Positions 1 to 7,792 are shown, counted from the first letter of the stretch. The stretch is 53,188 nucleotides of DNA from an uncultured Gammaproteobacteria bacterium (GCA_964518425.1 CAZFGG010000006.1:1-53188); one strand, 5' to 3'. Made by a program: numbers and translations. Notes: generated from the letters alone by a model not told the origin.

Positions 1-105
1 GAGCGGCGGGGTCACACCTGTTCCCATTCCGAACACAGCCGTTAAGCCCGCCAGCGCCGATGATACTACGATGCATGTCGTGGGGAAAGTAGGCCAGTGC
101 CCGGT
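1..105 (+). rRNA. rrf: 5S rRNA (5' end truncated by the window edge)
   Basis: Conserved 5S motifs CACCTGTTCCCATTCCGAACACAG, GTTAAGC, GCGCCGATGATACT and GGGAAAGTAGG; 3' end approximate. Confidence 0.95.
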
Positions 106-119
106 ACCCTCATCTGAAG

Positions 120-149
120 AACACCTCCTATCGGGGGTGTTTTACTTTT
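120..149 (+). terminator. Intrinsic terminator after the 5S gene
   Basis: Hairpin AACACCTCC-TATC-GGGGGTGTT followed by TTACTTTT. Confidence 0.7.
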
Positions 150-153
150 GTGA

Positions 154-227
154 CCCCGCCGCTCGGCAGTCGAAGCGGGCGGGTGATACTACGATGCATG
201 TCGTGGGGAAAGTAGGCCGTCGCGGGG
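154..227 (+). repeat. Truncated 5S-derived element ('mini-5S')
   Basis: 184-218 is an exact 35-nt copy of 5S positions 61-95; it is closed by CCCCGC (154-159) pairing with GCGGGG (222-227). Confidence 0.75.
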
Positions 228-697
228 ACTATGTGACTCTTCAAGACACTACCACCTTGGTAGTTGTTTTGTTTTTCCAGAAAACATTGGGCCTACTTTC
301 CGAAGGTTCGAGGACGCGACTGCGAAGCAGTCAGGACGCAAACTGCTTTGCGTCCGGCGGCCGAGAAGGATTTGCCCTTGCGCCGCAGCAACGCGAGGAG
401 CGGGCAAATCCAAGTAGTAGGCCGTCGCGGGGACCATGTGACTCTTGCAAATACCACCAACAAAGGTGGTTTTTTGTTCTCACTATTGATCAACCACGAA
501 GTGAGCGACGGCCTACTTTGGGCAGGAGCGAGCTAGCCGTTTCGGCGCAGTGAGCGTCCGGCGAGGCGCCAGTGGCGCGTCGCCGCTGCCCGGGGAAGTA
601 GGCCGTCATAACCTGAAAACCTAGGGACCATGTGACTCTTTCAAACACTATCCGAAAGGATGGTTTTTGTTTTATCCACGAACGTTAGGCCTACTTT
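209..697. repeat. Array of three ~200-nt units: AGTAGGCC...GGGAC(C/T)ATGTGACTCTT, terminator-like hairpin, then GGCCTACTTT
   Basis: ATGTGACTCTT at 231, 436 and 630; AGTAGGCC at 211, 416 and 597; GGCCTACTTT at 290, 510 and 688; each unit carries a hairpin plus T-run. Confidence 0.8.
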
Positions 698-740
698 AAG
701 AGAAGCTAAACAAGTAAGTTTGAAATACAGAGTGGTTTTA

Positions 741-1037
741 TTACTTCTTAAAAATTCCAGAAAAAATCACCAGAAAGACCGTATCCGTGAGTAAGAACCA
801 AAGAATAATCTGGCTAACCTTACCTAGCAGAATAAGTTGGGGATCGGATTTTATAGCTGTGATTTCTCCTGCAGAAGGTATTTGCGGCCCTGTGAGCTTA
901 TTCAGCGCCCCTGTCCACCCTATCGCACGGGGTACATTAGGATAACGTGATCGTAACGTTTGCCCCATCAACCCACCGAAAAATATCCTGGCAACAAACA
1001 AAATCACCTCAATAATCCAGAGAATTGTAATAATCAT
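741..1037 (-). CDS. Small hypothetical membrane protein, AT-rich
   Basis: 98-aa ORF with hydrophobic helices at both ends; region visibly more AT-rich than its flanks. Confidence 0.6.
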   Translation of the reverse strand: MIITILWIIEVILFVARIFFGGLMGQTLRSRYPNVPRAIGWTGALNKLTGPQIPSAGEITAIKSDPQLILLGKVSQIILWFLLTDTVFLVIFSGIFKK

Positions 1038-1162
1038 AATATTAACAATGTTACTCTATAATCTCGCACTAAGCAAAAAATTCTCGTAGTTAGGTCGACA
1101 TTGAACCAGAAGAAAAGTAGGTCCTCCGGCAGGGATCGGGTTTATTCTGCTACACTTCCCTT

Positions 1163-1933
1163 ATGGTACGAAAAACTCGCGGCGGCTACGTCGTCTTCTC
1201 ACACAAAACTGGCAAACGACTGGGCCGGGTGTATAAAACCAAAACCGAAGCCACGAAGCGCCTTCGGCAAATTCAGTTTTTAAGTACGGTGGAAAAAAAT
1301 GAATTTCAAGTGCCCAGACCCAGCCATACATTGAATCCAGGTCGTCTCAGTATGCGCCTCAACACCCCGCTGAAAGTTCAACGTTGGTTGAAATCCCTCG
1401 ACTACAACCACGACGAGACAATGCACACGCTCCACGGGGTTACCCGACGCGAACAAGCCCATTGCCTTGAGGGCGCGCTGTCCGCCGCGGCGCTACTCGA
1501 ACCGCAAGGATATCCGCCACTCATTCTCGACCTTGAATCCGTCGGCCCGCTTGACCACACCGTTTTTCTTTTCAAACGGAAGGGTCGCTGGGGTAGCGTC
1601 GGCATGTCTCATGATATCGGCCTCCATGGCCGCCGGCCGGTATTTCGTAGTGTTGAAGCTTTAGTAAAAAGTTACATCATCCCCTACATCGATCACCAAT
1701 CCCACCTGACCGGTTGGGGCGTTTTGGATTTACGGACGCTGAAAAAAGATGATTGGCGAGATTCGAAGAAAAGCGTTTGGTATGTCGAGCGAGCCCTGCA
1801 ACATATGCCCCATCACCGACTACATACATCTCCCGTGGTGATCAAGCGCTGGCGCGAACGCTACAAACGCTTTCACAAAAAATACCCACGTAGACAGCCA
1901 GATTATTTTCCCAATCAGTACCAGTGGATGTAA
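1163..1933 (+). CDS. Putative transglutaminase/papain-like protein with a short basic N-terminal module
   Basis: AHCLEGALSAAA (Cys) and LDHTVFLF (His) resemble a transglutaminase-like catalytic core; TGcTACACT lies 6 nt upstream of the ATG. Confidence 0.65.
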   Translation: MVRKTRGGYVVFSHKTGKRLGRVYKTKTEATKRLRQIQFLSTVEKNEFQVPRPSHTLNPGRLSMRLNTPLKVQRWLKSLDYNHDETMHTLHGVTRREQAHCLEGALSAAALLEPQGYPPLILDLESVGPLDHTVFLFKRKGRWGSVGMSHDIGLHGRRPVFRSVEALVKSYIIPYIDHQSHLTGWGVLDLRTLKKDDWRDSKKSVWYVERALQHMPHHRLHTSPVVIKRWRERYKRFHKKYPRRQPDYFPNQYQWM

Positions 1934-1981
1934 TGACTGCCCGTCATTCTTGGCTTGTCAGTTACGATAGCTTTTTCAAAG

Positions 1982-2017
1982 AAAAAAATTAGGCGGGCTC
2001 CCCGAAGGTCGCCCGCC
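1982..2017 (-). terminator. Intrinsic terminator
   Basis: Minus strand GGCGGGC-GACC-TTCG-GGGA-GCCCGCC-TAATTTTTTT. Confidence 0.75.
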
Positions 2018-2117
2018 ATGTGTGGACGTGCCAGGTCCGTGAAGCGTCCGGTGAGCTAGCCATGAGTCGCTCAATGCCCCTCCATGGATCAATGACGTAC
2101 ATCCGGACCGGTACAGC
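1982..2117 (-). ncRNA. Candidate ~135-nt structured small RNA, family not recognised
   Basis: Minus-strand TTGCTT (2153-2148)-N18-TAGTAT (2129-2124); long irregular hairpin; ends in a UUCG-capped GC stem plus U-run. Confidence 0.45.
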
Positions 2118-2342
2118 CTGTGCATACTACCGTAAAATACTGAGAACAAGCAAATTCATGAGAAGTCAATTGGTAAGGAATGATCGAATAAATTGTCTCT
2201 TATCGTATGGTCAGAAAGACTCACGGCGGTTACGCCGTCTTCTCCCACAAAACCGGTAAGCGTTTAGGTCGTGTCTACAAAACGAAAGCGGAGGCAACAA
2301 AACGGCTTCGGCAGATACAGTTTTTCAAGTATCGGGGAAAGT

Positions 2343-2372
2343 AAAAAAGCGGATCCGGTGGTCTGGATCCGC
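2343..2372 (-). terminator. Intrinsic terminator of the 2378-2983 gene
   Basis: Minus strand GCGGATCCAG-ACCA-CCGGATCCGC-TTTTTT just after the stop codon. Confidence 0.8.
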
Positions 2373-2377
2373 TCATG

Positions 2378-2983
2378 CTACTTTTTCAGTGATTCCTCGA
2401 TCTGCCGATCAAAATCGGCGGCCGTTGATTTCAAGATTCGCCAATTGATGAATGTGCTTGTTTGCGGCTGACGAGCATTGAGGAAAGCGAAGATGAACTG
2501 AACGAGATTCGTGCCATTCTTCACTTGACGGTGCTCATCTTTCGCCTCCGGATCGGCGGCGTCTTCTATCGCCACCGATTCGAGGAGAGAAGCTACCTTG
2601 AGGTACAGCACTTTGCTATCTTCACGATAGATGGCGGGCGAACCGAATTCTCGATTTGCCTCTTCCTCGTCGCGCCGCTCCTGCTCTAGGTCAGCCTGAC
2701 TGAAGACTTTGGGGACCCGCCCAAGCGATTGTTTGCTAGCCATCTGAGCAGCGTTAGAAATCGCCTCCATCATGCCCACCCGCCGGGCCAAGGGCCAATC
2801 AGGCTCAAGAATGCGAATGCGACGGAGAAGATCCCAGCATGAGCATTGCTCGAGCACGGGCACGATCAGCGCATACAGCTCGTCAGGCGGCACCGGTTCG
2901 TATGGGTTCGGTGGGAAGGCGGTCTCAAAGACGTAGTCGATGAGCTCGTCCCGTAACGTTTTGTATCTCGACGTCACCGGCAC
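2378..2983 (-). CDS. Hypothetical protein (acidic, probably helical)
   Basis: 201-aa ORF, GTG start preceded by AAGGAGGT, followed by a terminator; no family recognised. Confidence 0.7.
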   Translation of the reverse strand: MPVTSRYKTLRDELIDYVFETAFPPNPYEPVPPDELYALIVPVLEQCSCWDLLRRIRILEPDWPLARRVGMMEAISNAAQMASKQSLGRVPKVFSQADLEQERRDEEEANREFGSPAIYREDSKVLYLKVASLLESVAIEDAADPEAKDEHRQVKNGTNLVQFIFAFLNARQPQTSTFINWRILKSTAADFDRQIEESLKK

Positions 2984-3107
2984 GTTAACCTCCTTCGTTA
3001 GAGAAAAAAATCAGAGTTGGAACGTACGATGAAAGAATTCCCGTCACTCTTACCACGGCTTTGTCCCTTTGTCAATCCAGCTCAAGATGTCTGGTATACT
3101 ATTTCCT

Positions 3108-4391
3108 ATGCGCCTCTTCGCCGATCTCCACGTCCATTCCAAATTCAGCCGCGCTGTGTCACAGGACATGGACATTCCGCACATCGACCACTGGGCCAAG
3201 ATCAAAGGCATCGGCCTCATGGGCACTGGTGATTTTACTCATCCGCAATGGTTCGCTTCGCTGAAACGCGACCTGGTCGAAGATGGATCGGGTTTCTTGC
3301 AGCGAAAAGATTCTCCGGAACACACGAAGTTCGTGCTCTCCGCCGAGATTTCTTGTATTTACAGTAAGGGCGGTAAGACGCGGCGTATACACTTGATTGT
3401 TCTCGCCCCCGACTTTGCGACAGTTGAGAAAATAAACGCTTACCTTAACCTCATCGGAAATTTGAAATCTGACGGCCGGCCAATCCTTGGTCTCGACGCC
3501 GAAGAACTGACAAAAATCGTGATGGACGCCAATCCGAAGAATATGGTTATCCCTGCGCACGCCTGGACACCGTGGTTTTCGCTGTTTGGTTCGATGTCCG
3601 GCTTCGACAGTGTTGAAGAGTGCTTTGGGTCAATGACAAAACATATTTACGCATTGGAAACAGGGCTGTCCTCAGACCCGGCCATGAACTGGCGTTTATC
3701 GCAACTCGACCGGATCGCTATCACCTCGTATTCCGACGCCCATTCACCTAAACCAAACAAAATGGGGCGAGAAGCCACTGAGTTTGAGTTGGTTGAACCA
3801 ACCTTTGATAATCTCGCCGAAGCGCTAAAAAGCCAATCGATGATCGTTGATGGACAACAACCAAAGAATACCATTGCTTCAACCGTGGAGTTCTTTCCTG
3901 AAGAAGGAAAGTATCACTGGGATGGTCATCGGGAACACAACATCCGCTGGTCACCGGAAGAATCGAAGGAACATAAAAATATTTGCCCGATCTGCGGCCG
4001 GCCGGTCACGATCGGCGTGGAGAACCGTGTTGAACAACTGGCTGACCGGCCGGCCGATTATAAACCAACGAACCGCCCACCGTTCACGAAGATGGTCCCC
4101 TTGGAAGAAATAATTGCTGAAGCGGTTGGCACAAAGCCCGGCACGAAAAAAGTTAGTGCCGTGTATGAGCGTTTGTCTAGGCAAGCTCCAGAATTCGATA
4201 TTCTCTTGAAGTTCTCTCCGAGCGAACTCGCCGCCCTCGGCGAGCCGCGAGTAGCTGAAGGTATTGAACGAGTCCGACAAGGCAAGCTCGATATTGTCCC
4301 CGGTTATGACGGAGTGTACGGAACGGTCCATATTTTTTCCAGTCGCGAACCTACGTCTAAAGCGAGCACACCTCAAGCAAGGCTATTCTAG
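3108..4391 (+). CDS. Endonuclease Q-like PHP-domain protein (TIGR00375 family)
   Basis: Motifs DLHVHS, GTGD, PAHAWTPW, ETGLSSD, SDAHS, GKYHWDGHR, CPICG, PGYDGVYG; start moved to ATG 3108 after TGgTATACT. Confidence 0.85.
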   Translation: MRLFADLHVHSKFSRAVSQDMDIPHIDHWAKIKGIGLMGTGDFTHPQWFASLKRDLVEDGSGFLQRKDSPEHTKFVLSAEISCIYSKGGKTRRIHLIVLAPDFATVEKINAYLNLIGNLKSDGRPILGLDAEELTKIVMDANPKNMVIPAHAWTPWFSLFGSMSGFDSVEECFGSMTKHIYALETGLSSDPAMNWRLSQLDRIAITSYSDAHSPKPNKMGREATEFELVEPTFDNLAEALKSQSMIVDGQQPKNTIASTVEFFPEEGKYHWDGHREHNIRWSPEESKEHKNICPICGRPVTIGVENRVEQLADRPADYKPTNRPPFTKMVPLEEIIAEAVGTKPGTKKVSAVYERLSRQAPEFDILLKFSPSELAALGEPRVAEGIERVRQGKLDIVPGYDGVYGTVHIFSSREPTSKASTPQARLF

Positions 4392-4395
4392 CATC

Positions 4396-4932
4396 ATGAT
4401 CTTACCGTTTCTTTTTTTATTTCTGGCTGGCACAATTGTTGCCACCATTTTTAGTTTGAACGCCCTGGTCAACACCTTACGATTCGGTCTGCCATACGTC
4501 ACGACGCCGCACTGGGCTATTGACTGGTTAGTACACTATCTCGAGCTCAAGTCGACTGATATTGTTTGCGAGCTTGGTTGCGGTGACGCGCGAGTGTTGG
4601 CGGCGCTCGCCAGAAAACACCCGGGCGTAAAGTTTATCGGCCTGGAAATCCAATGGTGGCCATTCCTTCTAGCCAAATGGCGGACGAGAAATCTGAAGAA
4701 TGCTACGATTCGACTGCAAAACTTTCTCACGGCCGATCTGTCTGGCGTGACAATATTTTATGGCTTCTTCATTACCGTCATCATGCCGAAAGTGGCTGAC
4801 AAGCTGGCCAAGCATTTACAGCACGGCGCACAGCTCATTTCCTTCGGTTTTGCCTTACCGGGGCATACGTCTACAAAAGAAATTTCCTCACCGACGGGGC
4901 GGGGAAGCAAAATCCGGTTTTACAGCAACTAG
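4396..4932 (+). CDS. Class I SAM-dependent methyltransferase with N-terminal membrane helix
   Basis: LPYVTTP and ELGCGDAR (motif I), GLEIQ; start reassigned to ATG 4396. Confidence 0.85.
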   Translation: MILPFLFLFLAGTIVATIFSLNALVNTLRFGLPYVTTPHWAIDWLVHYLELKSTDIVCELGCGDARVLAALARKHPGVKFIGLEIQWWPFLLAKWRTRNLKNATIRLQNFLTADLSGVTIFYGFFITVIMPKVADKLAKHLQHGAQLISFGFALPGHTSTKEISSPTGRGSKIRFYSN

Positions 4933-4939
4933 ATTCTGT

Positions 4940-5264
4940 CGGAGGAGGTGACCCCGTAAACCGCTTTGCGGTGCGGGGCAAGGATTCGAACCCACCAGGT
5001 CCTTTCGGGTCTGCAGCTTTTCTCAGCCCGAATCAAAAATCTCCACTTGGCGGAGGCGGAAGGATTCGAACCTTCGATACCCTTACGGATATACTGGTTT
5101 TCGAAACCAGCGCGTTCGACCACTCTGCCACGCCTCCATCAGGCACAGACTTTGAACAAATCATTGTCAGAGAACATTTTTTGGTACGGGGAGCCGTGCT
5201 TTCATCCGGGTCGCTCGTGGCGACCCATCTCGCTTTCTAGCTCGACCCACTCAGCCACTCCTCC
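4940..5264 (-). pseudogene. tRNA-Ser-like gene interrupted by three insertions (functional status unknown)
   Basis: Acceptor GGAGGAG (5264-5258)/CTCCTCC-G (4947-4940); D arm GCTGAGTGG..GAAAGC; anticodon stem CGGCT (5196-5192)/AGCTG (5018-5014); long variable arm; T arm GTGGG-TTCGAAT-CC[insert]CAC. Confidence 0.7.
5048..5137 (-). tRNA. tRNA-Ser (anticodon CGA)
   Basis: 90-nt cloverleaf: GGAGGCG/CGCCTCC, anticodon arm CTGGT-TTCGAAA-ACCAG, long variable arm, GGTTCGAATCC, GCCA end. Confidence 0.97.
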
Positions 5265-5275
5265 ATACCGCGAAG

Positions 5276-5304
5276 ACTGTACGTGTTTTCGCTGAAAAAA
5301 TCAA
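5276..5304 (-). promoter_or_regulatory. Sigma70-type promoter of the nested tRNA locus
   Basis: TTGATT (5304-5299)-N17-TACAGT (5281-5276), 11 nt upstream of GGAGGAG at 5264. Confidence 0.65.
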
Positions 5305-5660
5305 GTCACCAGCTTTCTGCGGATGGTGAGAACAACCCACCGCCCAACCAGCAAACCAACTGATCCAATCACCAGGTCGCCGAATGAATTCAGTTTTGTC
5401 TCCGGAGCGAAACCAAAATTATTCACGGCGATCTTAAATCCAGCAATGACCTCATGGTGGTGGACATCGAGATACTGCGTGGTCCGTTCATACACCTCCC
5501 AGAGAAAAAGTATCCCAATACACAGCCACCAAAAAACCTTCCGCCGTCTCGTCGGTGGCCACCAAGCCGCGATGAGACCAATGAGCGTTCCGCTCATAAA
5601 GTGAATGCCGGACCATGGCCAATCGAACATCGCAATGTTGATGCTACCAAAAAGTTGCAT
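5301..5660 (-). CDS. Small hypothetical membrane protein
   Basis: 119 aa, three hydrophobic segments, motifs HFMSG, WEVYE and NSFGD; TGgTATGAT 6 nt upstream. Confidence 0.75.
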   Translation of the reverse strand: MQLFGSINIAMFDWPWSGIHFMSGTLIGLIAAWWPPTRRRKVFWWLCIGILFLWEVYERTTQYLDVHHHEVIAGFKIAVNNFGFAPETKLNSFGDLVIGSVGLLVGRWVVLTIRRKLVT

Positions 5661-5706
5661 GGCCGTATCATACCATGCCGGAGGCGAATACTAGCAGGCT
5701 GAGAAG

Positions 5707-7212
5707 CTAATTTACGTTTTGCACTGGCGGCACTTCCGGTGGTGGCGGGGTAACGATCAAGCCAACAGTCCGAATCGACGCTCGACGACCGCCATTCGAG
5801 GTCGACATAATGACCCGGTCTTCAGCCGCAGCCACATCAAACCCGCCTCGCCACCATCGTTCGAACAGAATGTGGGCGCTAACTAATTGTCCGTTTTCAG
5901 AAAATTGACGCAGTTCACCTCCCCCACCGCTATATGGGGCAGTAATAATATTCAGTGATCCATCGGTGAATCGATGGGCACTGACACGAACTCCGCCGTG
6001 AAATAACTTATCGTAGGCGTAAAATCCCGCGTGAAATGTTCCGTCCATGCTAAAGGTTCGGACTTCCGGGCCGCCACCACGCAAGGCTCCAGTCACGACG
6101 AGGCCGACTTGGTTCGTTGTAGCATCAAAGGGTACGGCTGACACGTCGACCCCTCCTTTGAAGGCTGACGTGTAGGCATTCCACGAGGCGAGGCGGTCAC
6201 CATTGAAACGGAAAATGCGAACCTCTGGTGATATGCCTGGACCAGGACTGGTAATAATTTCTGCTTGCCCGTCCCCGTCAAGATCGGCAGCAGCAACGTG
6301 TGCTCCACCAAGAAACGTAGCTGGATAGGCCAAGAACTCCGACAGGAGTAGGCCCTGCTCAGTAAAAACGCGAACATAGGGCGGCGTTCCGGGGCCCGGA
6401 ACAGTAATAATTTCTTTCGTGCCATCGGCATTAATATCGCCAACCGCGACGTCGACCCCACCATGGAAGAACAGTTGATCGTAAGCGTAGAATTTGCTGA
6501 TTTGGCCGTTGGATGAGTTCAGAACACGGACGAGCGGTCCGCCACCCAGCCCAGCGCCAGCGATGAGTTCAATCCCGTCAATGGACGGATCAAGGTCATC
6601 CAGCACAATGTTCGCTCCGCCTCGAAACTCACCGAAGGGCAGAAATTCTCCCGGCAGCGGCGGTGCGATAACTGGCCGCGAAATATGGGTCGCAGCATTC
6701 AGACTGTAGAAAGGATTGATGACGGTCCCATCTGGTCGGTGTATTTCGAAATGCAGATGTGGGCTTGTCCCTTCAGCATTCCCGCTATCGCCGACCCAAC
6801 CGACAAGTTGTCCTTTGACCACCGGTGCGCCATTGTCAACACCCGGCGCATAGGCAAAGTTTCCTCCGCCCCGATCATCATCGGTACCAGGGTTATCGTT
6901 ATTGACGTGGATATACCAATACTCATAGCCGTCGTCGCCCTGCAACGAAATAAAATAACCATACGATGCTTCGGGCCAGGTAATATACTGGATGCGTCCA
7001 TCAGCAGCGGCTACGAGCGGGGTATGTTTGGGCGCGAAAATATCGTTACCTTCGTGCGTATGTCCTACTCGCGGGGCGCCAAAGTCATTACTATATGACG
7101 TCGGGCCGATCACGGGGAAAATGATTTTGTGAGTTTCGGCTTGAACTGGACGCGCCAAAAACACGGCCAGACCAATAATGGCTGCCCCGAGGGTGGGTAG
7201 GAAACGACGCAT
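5707..7212 (-). CDS. Secreted M23 family metallopeptidase with FG-GAP-like repeats
   Basis: Signal peptide; HEGND and HLHFE zinc motifs; repeated GGVxVAxGDxxxDGxxEIITxPGPG units. Confidence 0.88.
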   Translation of the reverse strand: MRRFLPTLGAAIIGLAVFLARPVQAETHKIIFPVIGPTSYSNDFGAPRVGHTHEGNDIFAPKHTPLVAAADGRIQYITWPEASYGYFISLQGDDGYEYWYIHVNNDNPGTDDDRGGGNFAYAPGVDNGAPVVKGQLVGWVGDSGNAEGTSPHLHFEIHRPDGTVINPFYSLNAATHISRPVIAPPLPGEFLPFGEFRGGANIVLDDLDPSIDGIELIAGAGLGGGPLVRVLNSSNGQISKFYAYDQLFFHGGVDVAVGDINADGTKEIITVPGPGTPPYVRVFTEQGLLLSEFLAYPATFLGGAHVAAADLDGDGQAEIITSPGPGISPEVRIFRFNGDRLASWNAYTSAFKGGVDVSAVPFDATTNQVGLVVTGALRGGGPEVRTFSMDGTFHAGFYAYDKLFHGGVRVSAHRFTDGSLNIITAPYSGGGGELRQFSENGQLVSAHILFERWWRGGFDVAAAEDRVIMSTSNGGRRASIRTVGLIVTPPPPEVPPVQNVN

Positions 7213-7267
7213 GGATGAAAGGTTTTTTATTTTACCATACGGTTATTGTTTGACCGTATGTACACGC

Positions 7268-7296
7268 AGTATAGCACGAATCAGTCAATTTTTCAA
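7268..7296 (-). promoter_or_regulatory. Sigma70-type promoter of the M23 gene, with a 5' UTR hairpin
   Basis: TTGAAA-N17-TATACT; the leader holds the inverted repeat CATACGGT/ACCGTATG (7236-7260) and an A-rich tract with no SD. Confidence 0.65.
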
Positions 7297-7362
7297 GCCC
7301 TAGCATTGTGCTCCGCCGAAGAGATTGATGTGCGCACTTGAGCCTGGTGCTATACTAGAGTT

Positions 7363-7785
7363 ATGTGGTTCCTCTATGCCCTGCTCTCGGCCATCACGGC
7401 GGCTCTTGTCGCTATTTTTGGTAAACTCGGTCTGAGTAAAATCGATACGACGCTGGCGACAACATTGCGAGCAATAATCATGGCGTCGTTTTTTGTTCTG
7501 GCCTCGCTCATCCTTCGAAAATTTGAAGGGTTTCATCTCAGGGACCTTGATAGCAAACAATGGTGGTTCATTGTTTTGGCTGGATTAGCCGGAGCGCTGT
7601 CATGGTTCTTCTACTTCTTAGCGTTAAAGTATGGGCCGGCCTCAAAGGTCGCGGCGATTGACCGCCTCAGTGTCGTCTTTGTCTTCATCTTGGCACTCTT
7701 CGTCCTGAGTGAAAAATTCAAATGGGAGGCAGCGCTGGGAGCACTCCTGATCGTCGGCGGGGCAATTCTCATGACCGTTGCTTAG
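7363..7785 (+). CDS. EamA/DMT family transporter
   Basis: 140 aa; WFLYALLSA..AALVAIFGK, ALKYGPASKVAAIDRLS. Confidence 0.9.
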   Translation: MWFLYALLSAITAALVAIFGKLGLSKIDTTLATTLRAIIMASFFVLASLILRKFEGFHLRDLDSKQWWFIVLAGLAGALSWFFYFLALKYGPASKVAAIDRLSVVFVFILALFVLSEKFKWEAALGALLIVGGAILMTVA

Positions 7786-7792
7786 ACTTCCC

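Noticed and set aside
71-553. ORFs over the 5S downstream region (160, 62, 90 and 66 aa)
   Set aside because: They overlap the rRNA and repeats; the repeated MHVVGKVG simply reflects the DNA duplication.
209-697. CRISPR array
   Set aside because: The period is about 200 nt, repeats are degenerate, intervening parts are structured and no cas gene is present.
2028-2060. SRP (4.5S) RNA, suggested by CAGGTCCG
   Set aside because: No GGAA/GNRA loop followed by AGCAG; the promoter and terminator point the other way.
4940-4995. Prophage/island att site (tRNA 3' duplication)
   Set aside because: The fragment pairs with the upstream GGAGGAG half rather than copying the CGA tRNA 3' end, and no integrase is nearby.
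4929-5295. ORFs 4929-5123, 4966-5295 and 4971-5240
   Set aside because: Shadow frames over the tRNA locus.
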